A stretch of DNA of 62,364 nt, the filler included, from Candidatus Fermentibacterota bacterium (lineage in GTDB: Bacteria; JAFGKV01): assembly GCA_016928395.1 (NCBI GenBank). It is 5 parts of 5 records of this genome, joined end to end, with 100 filler letters (N's around TTAATTAATTAA, not from the genome) between each part and the next. Parts side by side here need not be neighbours in the genome. Positions count along the whole stretch, not along the records: positions 50,202 to 62,364 come from JAFGKV010000012.1; 4 more parts are not named here. One strand, 5' to 3'. The notes beneath the pieces are model-generated. The model saw only the letters and a list, made by a program, of their open reading frames with translations, ran no database searches and was not told the origin of the DNA. Shown piece by piece: positions 56,791 to 62,364 of the stretch. Numbering within the stretch: the stretch's first letter is position 1; each line of letters begins with the position of its first letter. The position numbers and the translations under genes are program-made.

Positions 56791-57762
56791 ATGGAAGAGA
56801 AACTGCTGGAGGTGAAGGATCTCTCGGTGGCTTTCAACAGCTACCTGGGAGTCGCTGAGGTGCTCGATCGGATCAGCTACAGTGTCGATGAGAACCAGTG
56901 GCTCGGAATCGCCGGCGAGAGCGGCTGCGGCAAGACAGTGTCCGCCTTCTCGTTGCTGAAGCTGCTGCCCGAGGCCGCCATGATCAGGAACGGTGAAATC
57001 CTGTTCAAGGGGGAGAGCATCCTGGACAAGTCCGAGCGGGAGATGCGCAAGCTGCGTGGCGGCGAGATCTCCATCGTGTTCCAGGAACCCCAGTCGGCTT
57101 TGAATCCCTCGAAACGAGTCGGGGAGAATATCGTGGAATCCCTGCGGCTTCACCAGGGGATCAGGGGCGAAGAGGCGAAGAGGCGGGCCATCCAGATGCT
57201 GGATCTGGTCAAGATACCCCAGCCGAGAGTCCGCTTTTCCCAATTTCCTCACGAGCTGAGCGGCGGTATGCAGCAGAGGGTATGTATCGCCATCGCCCTG
57301 GCTTGCCATCCGAGTCTGCTGATTGCCGACGAGTTCACGACGAGCCTGGACGTGACCACGCAGCAGGAGATCTTGAAGCTGGTGGTGGATCTGCAGAGAC
57401 AATCGACCATGTCCGTGCTCTTCATTACCCATGATCTGGCCTTGATCAGTGAGTGCTGCGACGAGCTGATCATCATGTACGCTGGGCAGATCATGGAACG
57501 GGGCAAGGTCGATCGCGTCTTCCGCAATCCGTCTCATCCCTACACAAGGTTGCTGCTCAACGCCATACCTTCGATCTCCAGGAAGGACGAAAAGTTGAAC
57601 AGCATCGACGGTTCTGTTCCCGGGCTGGTCAATCCTCCAAAGGGCTGCCGTTTCCACACCCGGTGCAAACAGAAGATTCCCGGGAGATGCGACGTGGTCT
57701 TTCCTCGAGAGACCGCAATCGATGAGACGCATCGCGCATGGTGTCATTTGCTTTACACATGA
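56791..57762 (+). CDS. ABC ATPase, DppD-like
   Basis: GESGCGKT, LSGGMQQR, HPYT, GCRFH.RC. Confidence 0.94.
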   Translation: MEEKLLEVKDLSVAFNSYLGVAEVLDRISYSVDENQWLGIAGESGCGKTVSAFSLLKLLPEAAMIRNGEILFKGESILDKSEREMRKLRGGEISIVFQEPQSALNPSKRVGENIVESLRLHQGIRGEEAKRRAIQMLDLVKIPQPRVRFSQFPHELSGGMQQRVCIAIALACHPSLLIADEFTTSLDVTTQQEILKLVVDLQRQSTMSVLFITHDLALISECCDELIIMYAGQIMERGKVDRVFRNPSHPYTRLLLNAIPSISRKDEKLNSIDGSVPGLVNPPKGCRFHTRCKQKIPGRCDVVFPRETAIDETHRAWCHLLYT

Positions 57763-57775
57763 GAGCGGGACTTGC

Positions 57776-58726
57776 ATGGATAGCATAGTTTCAATTCGGG
57801 GTCTCAAGAAGTATTTTCCGGTCAAGAGCGAGGCCCTCTTCGGCAAGACGACGTGGAACAAGGCCATCGACGGTATCGACCTGGAGATCCAGCGCGGAGA
57901 AGCGCTGGGCGTCGTCGGAGAGTCCGGCAGCGGCAAGACCACGCTTGGGAAGCTGATCCTGGGCCTTCATGCGCCCACGGAGGGCACGATAGACTACCGG
58001 GGGCACGATACAGGGCGGATGCAGTCTAGCGTCGTCTTCCAGGACCCGTTCTCGTCCTTGAATCCTCGGCAGACCGTGTTCGATATCGTGAAAGAACCCC
58101 TGGAGAGCGTACGCGGTACACGAAGGGGCCAGGGCTTTCGCCAGACCATCCTTGACATTCTGAATCTCGTCGGGCTGTCCGAGGAGCAGATGTTCCGCTA
58201 TCCCCATGAGTTCAGCGGCGGCCAGCGACAGAGGATCGCGATTGCGCGGGCCATCGTGGCGAAACCGCTGTTCATCGTCTTCGATGAGCCCACATCGGGG
58301 CTGGACGTGTCCGTGCAGGCTCAGATTCTGAACCTGTTGAAGGAGCTGAAGGGAAACAGCGATCTGAGCTACGTCTTTATCTCCCACAATATCGGCGTGG
58401 TGAAATACATCTGTTCGCGGATCGCCGTCATGTACCGTGGCAAGATCGTAGAGACCTCCGGGAACCAGGAGCTCTTCGACAATCCGCTCCACCCCTACTC
58501 GCAGCATCTGCTGTCTGCGGTGCCCGTGATCGACGAGACGCGCATGAGCAAGATCATCGAGTTCGAGGCAAAAGCCGCCGACGAGGCCGCGGTCTCCAAC
58601 GGCTGCATCTACTATTCCAAGTGTCCGATTCGGCGGGATATCTGCAGGGAGAAACCGCCGCAGAGATTCGATGCCACCGAGGGGCACTCGGTGTACTGCT
58701 GGGCGAGAGAACTCGACCAGCGCTGA
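57776..58726 (+). CDS. ABC ATPase, DppF-like
   Basis: GESGSGKT, YPHEFSGGQRQR. Confidence 0.94.
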   Translation: MDSIVSIRGLKKYFPVKSEALFGKTTWNKAIDGIDLEIQRGEALGVVGESGSGKTTLGKLILGLHAPTEGTIDYRGHDTGRMQSSVVFQDPFSSLNPRQTVFDIVKEPLESVRGTRRGQGFRQTILDILNLVGLSEEQMFRYPHEFSGGQRQRIAIARAIVAKPLFIVFDEPTSGLDVSVQAQILNLLKELKGNSDLSYVFISHNIGVVKYICSRIAVMYRGKIVETSGNQELFDNPLHPYSQHLLSAVPVIDETRMSKIIEFEAKAADEAAVSNGCIYYSKCPIRRDICREKPPQRFDATEGHSVYCWARELDQR

Positions 58727-58766
58727 TGCACACGTTTCAAATACGTACGTTCCATGGGAGTAGAAT

Positions 58767-59573
58767 GTGATGGGCCGGTTCGATGATCAGGTTGTCGTAG
58801 TCACCGGAGGAGCTCAGGGCATCGGCAGGGCGGCGGCGTTGAAGTTCGCCGGCGAGGGTGCCGCAGTGGCGATCGTGGACATGAACCGGGACTCTGGCGG
58901 CAAGACCGCCGCTGAGATTCAAGGCAGCGGAGGGAGGGCCGAGTTCTTCTACGCCGACGTTTCGAAATCCGCCGATGTCAGAGATGCGGTGGCAAAGATC
59001 AAGGATTCGTTCCGGCGGATTGACGTGCTGTACAACAATGCCTCGATCTTCCTCCCTGGAAAGGACGGAGCGGTCGTCGACGTCGACGAAGAAGTCTGGG
59101 ACAGGATCCTTGCGGTCAATCTCAAGAGCGTGTATCTGTTCTGCAAGTACACGATTCCCCACATGGTCGAGGCGGGGAAGGGGGTGATCATCAATACCTC
59201 CTCCAGTTGCGGGCTCATCGGCATTCCGAATTGCGACGCCTATTCGGCTTCCAAGGGCGCGACGGCTATACTCACCAAGTCGCTGGCGGTGGAGTACGGC
59301 CCGAAAAAGATCCGGGTCAACTGCATTGCCCCAGCGGCGATCAAGACCCCGATGCTCGACTCCAGCGACATCGGCAACGAGAGCTTCGACGAGGAGCGCT
59401 TCCTCAAGCTGCGAAGCCCTATCCGGCGGTATGGCGAGCCGGAGGAAATCGCCAGTATCGCGGTCTTCCTGGCCTCGGACCAAGGCTCCTATCTCAACGG
59501 CGCAGTGATCGTCGCCGACGGCGGTATCACCATCAGCGGCGACCAGTCCAAGATCGACACCGACTACACCTGA
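58767..59573 (+). CDS. SDR oxidoreductase
   Basis: TGGAQGIG, NNAS, YSASK. Confidence 0.93.
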   Translation: MMGRFDDQVVVVTGGAQGIGRAAALKFAGEGAAVAIVDMNRDSGGKTAAEIQGSGGRAEFFYADVSKSADVRDAVAKIKDSFRRIDVLYNNASIFLPGKDGAVVDVDEEVWDRILAVNLKSVYLFCKYTIPHMVEAGKGVIINTSSSCGLIGIPNCDAYSASKGATAILTKSLAVEYGPKKIRVNCIAPAAIKTPMLDSSDIGNESFDEERFLKLRSPIRRYGEPEEIASIAVFLASDQGSYLNGAVIVADGGITISGDQSKIDTDYT

Positions 59574-60156
59574 CCCGAAGCGCAGACGGAATGCCTGCTT
59601 TCGTCCCGGGCGAGGGACTGCGTGTCACGGCCTGCGGCGCGGCTCTGTACGGGCGTCGAGATCTTGCTCATGAAGGGATTTCGGAACACCGGTGAGTTAT
59701 CTCTGCTATCCTCACTCAGACCCCGGAGACAGGGATCTACCCAGTCTCAACACAGACCTCCGGATGCGGCTCAGAGCTGCGATCGCGCAGCCTCCGCCCC
59801 TTGCCCCTCAATGATCTTTCTTGGCCTCTGGGGGGATGCTGTGAGGTCAGCGCTGGCGCGAGCTCCTCGGCGAGAGGCACGATAGAACCCGTTCTTGCGG
59901 TTACTATCAACTGTGTAGGATCGCAGTGATGCTGAGTCGCCGGATGTGTTCCGCTGGCAGCCGATGAGCTTGGGGAAGAACACGCAGCCGCCGTGGGCGC
60001 TTGTTGTCGCGATCCCGGATGGCTCCTCCAGGGTCCGCGCTGCAGGGGGGTCTGTCAGCAAAACCGCACCTGCGATGGACTGCAAGGGGCGGCGGTGCAT
60101 CTCCGATGGCTACCTTGGGGCCGGCTGTCTGGAGCGCTGGGTGAACGAGGCATGAG

Positions 60157-60726
60157 ATGAAATCGACGCTGGTGGTCTTTGGAGGCGGGGGGTTCATCGG
60201 AGGCAACCTCTGCACGATCGCGCTGCGCGGCGGCTGGCAGGTCCTGACCTCCAGTCGTCGGCAGCACGCCGCCATCCCCGCGGCGCGCTGGCGCCAGGTG
60301 GACGTGACCGACGCTTCGGCCGTGCAGAGGCTCCTGGCGGAGGAAAGGCCGGAGGCGGTGGTGGACCTGGCTGCGGTGGCGGACATCGACCGGGCGCAGT
60401 CTGAGCGGGAAGCCGCCCGGGCGGTGAACGTCGAGGCGGCCCGGGTCATGGCCCAGGCCTGCGCGGAGCTGGGTGCGGCTTTTCTGTACCTGTCCAGCGA
60501 CGCTGTCTTTTCCGGCGCCGCCGGAGAGTACCGGGAGGAGGATCCCGTCGAGCCGGTCAACTACTACGGAGAGACCAAGGCCGAGGGGGAGCGACCCGTG
60601 CTGGCCGCCCATCCGGGCGCCGCGGTCGTGCGCATCTCCCTGGCCCTGGGCTTCCCGGTGACCGACGGCAATTCCTTTCTCGCCGCACTGGATGGTACCG
60701 ATCGGGCACGGCGGCAGGATCGGTGA
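60157..60726 (+). pseudogene. 3'-truncated RmlD-like (dTDP-4-dehydrorhamnose reductase family) gene
   Basis: GGGGFIG, SSDAVFSG, PVNYYGETK; only 189 aa and lacks the C-terminal substrate domain. Confidence 0.7.
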
Positions 60727-60987
60727 AACGCCCGCCATCCATCCCGACCTCTCGCAGCTCGACACTGCCTTGGAGCAGGTGCGGGAGGTCCTGATCTGCT
60801 TCGAATAGGAGCATGGATTACCATCCAGGTCGCTCGTCGATTGTCGTATGAAGAGGTCTCCAGGATCATTCTCGAGAGGCGACGTCGTCGCTGGTGTGTG
60901 TCCCCACCGTTCCCCAGATTGTTCATGTCCATTCGCCCCGGGTCTGTCCCAAGATAGGCCGCGGTTACCTCGTTGCCTTGAGCTGTC

Positions 60988-61037
60988 TTGACCTCTTGGG
61001 TGACTCAGGCTACATTAAACGTACGGTATTCCGTACG
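60988..61037 (+). promoter_or_regulatory. yefM-yoeB promoter and operator
   Basis: TTGACC-N17-TACATT followed by the palindrome CGTACGG-TATT-CCGTACG. Confidence 0.75.
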
Positions 61038-61047
61038 GAGGCAGATA

Positions 61048-61290
61048 GTGGCAGCCATCAACGCTACCAACGCAAGAAAGAACCTATACAAGCTGATCAA
61101 GGAAGTCGGCGAGTCTCATGAGCCCGTCATCATTACGGGAAAGGACAGCTCGGCGGTTCTTGTCAACGAAGACGACTGGGCCGCCATTCAGGAGACCCTT
61201 TACCTTCTGTCCATTCCCGGCATGGCCGAATCGATTCGCAAGGGTCTTAAGACGCCTGTCGACGAGTGCGACGAAGAAGTGCACTGGTGA
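61048..61290 (+). CDS. yefM: YefM/Phd antitoxin
   Basis: ARKNLYKLI...HEPV.I...IQETLYLLS.PGM; GGAGG RBS, GTG start. Confidence 0.92.
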   Translation: MAAINATNARKNLYKLIKEVGESHEPVIITGKDSSAVLVNEDDWAAIQETLYLLSIPGMAESIRKGLKTPVDECDEEVHW

Positions 61291-61550
61291 GCTATCGCCT
61301 GGTGTTCACAAGGCAATCGCAACCAGACGCCAAAAAGCTATCCAGCGCTGGGCTCAAGAAGAACGTGACCAAACTGCTGACGATTCTGGAGGAGAATCCG
61401 TATCAGAGCCCTCCGCGCTACGAGAAACTGTTGGGTGATCTGGAGGGTGCGTTCTCGCGACGGATCAATATCCAGCATCGGCTGGTCTACCAGATTCTCG
61501 ATCAGGAGAAGACCGTCAAGGTCATCCGGATGTGGACGCACTACGAGTGA
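61287..61550 (+). CDS. yoeB: Txe/YoeB toxin
   Basis: EKLLGDL.G.FSRRIN.QHRLVY...HYE; GTGA overlap. Confidence 0.93.
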   Translation: MSYRLVFTRQSQPDAKKLSSAGLKKNVTKLLTILEENPYQSPPRYEKLLGDLEGAFSRRINIQHRLVYQILDQEKTVKVIRMWTHYE

Positions 61551-61902
61551 GCCGGCACCCCAATTGGTTGCCGGAGGCTCGTTGACCCGGGCGATTGTTC
61601 CCGGAGGCTACTCTTCTGCCGACGCCGATGACTCCTGTCTCGCGTTGTCGCGCTCCGGCGGCGAATCCGGGTCGCGTTTTGGCCGACGTGCGGGACAATA
61701 GGCGACATCGGGCGATGGGCGTCGTTCCAACAGCCCTCAGCCGGTTGAGAAAAGGGTTATTCGCCCATGAGTATTCCGCACAATTCGCTATCCCGCGCCA
61801 GTTGCGTTGGCGAACAGTAGCCCGCTTTTCCGTCATGCAGGATGGTTCTTGTCGTCTTCTCTGTCAGCATGAACACCCTACCGAACCGGTCCCTTTGATT
61901 AC

Positions 61903-61932
61903 TTGACAATATCTCAAAATGCGATACATATT
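61903..61932 (+). promoter_or_regulatory. higBA promoter and operator, probably leaderless transcript
   Basis: TTGACA; imperfect palindrome TATCTCA-AAA-TGCGATA; -10-like TACATA about 6 nt before the ATG; no RBS. Confidence 0.6.
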
Positions 61933-61936
61933 GAGT

Positions 61937-62224
61937 ATGCACGTAATCACCAGGCGACGCCTGCTGGAGTTCGCGCGAGAGCACCCGGATTGCTCTTCTG
62001 CTTTGGACTCCTGGTACAGGATTGTGAAGAATACGAGTTTCGATACCTTCATGCAACTACGCCAGACGTTCCCCACTGCGGATCGGGTTGGAAAACTGAC
62101 GGTCTTCAATATCGGCGGGAACAAAGCCCGACTCATCGCGGCGATTCACTACAGCACCCATCGCCTATACATCCGCCGGATCCTCACGCACGCCGAATAC
62201 GACACAGAGGACTGGAAGGAGTAA
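61937..62224 (+). CDS. higB: HigB family toxin
   Basis: MHVIT...VFNIGGNK.RLI...LTHAEYD. Confidence 0.93.
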   Translation: MHVITRRRLLEFAREHPDCSSALDSWYRIVKNTSFDTFMQLRQTFPTADRVGKLTVFNIGGNKARLIAAIHYSTHRLYIRRILTHAEYDTEDWKE

Positions 62225-62228
62225 GAAA

Positions 62229-62364
62229 ATGAGCAGCACTCTCGAGGAAGTAACAAGGGTGTGGCCGCAGATCAATCGTGCACTAACTCCACCTCACGAC
62301 GAGGACGAGTATCATCGACTGGTCGCCCTTCTGGACGAGCTCACTGATCTGGTTGGGGAGGATG
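62229..62364 (+). CDS. higA: HigA-type antitoxin, 5' part
   Basis: MSSTLEEVTRVWP...EDEYHRLVALLDELTDLVGED directly after higB; cut by the window end. Confidence 0.85.
   Translation, partial: MSSTLEEVTRVWPQINRALTPPHDEDEYHRLVALLDELTDLVGED

Overview
The window is not continuous DNA. It is five GC-rich bacterial contigs joined by four artificial 100-nt N/TTAATTAATTAA linkers: A 1-4331, B 4432-16494, C 16595-28699, D 28800-50101 and E 50202-62364. It looks like a draft or metagenome-assembled genome, and gene neighbourhoods across the linkers mean nothing. PorV-like and T9SS-CTD-like genes in C and D suggest an FCB-superphylum-type diderm (inference); shared repeats tie A, C and D together. A: an orphan MalT-like ATPase/TPR/BTAD regulator between mosaics of short repeats and GTAG-REP hairpins. 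B: two ECF sigma operons (one with a glycogen-binding-domain anti-sigma candidate and an outer-membrane barrel, one with a protease-less tandem-PDZ protein), L-serine dehydratase, a CxxCH-bearing molybdopterin-oxidoreductase-like protein and a DUF47/PiT phosphate transport pair. C: fabH, an M6 metalloprotease, an SGNH hydrolase, a GHL10-PKD protein, an ABC exporter cluster, a metallophosphoesterase and a partial HtrA. D: the 5' part of a type I-G (I-U) cas3, a decaying cassette-like island (TA pairs, pseudogenes, a chimeric ORF, a half attC-like site), a CDF transporter, a GH31 and a TonB receptor / large CTD protein / PorV-like triad. E: a DUF6788-like gene, a Dpp-type ABC operon interleaved with dehydrogenases, a truncated RmlD-like gene and two TA systems. 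E has a spirochaete-style binding protein and may come from a different organism. No rRNA, tRNA or CRISPR array was seen. All family calls come from motif recognition by eye, not database searches.
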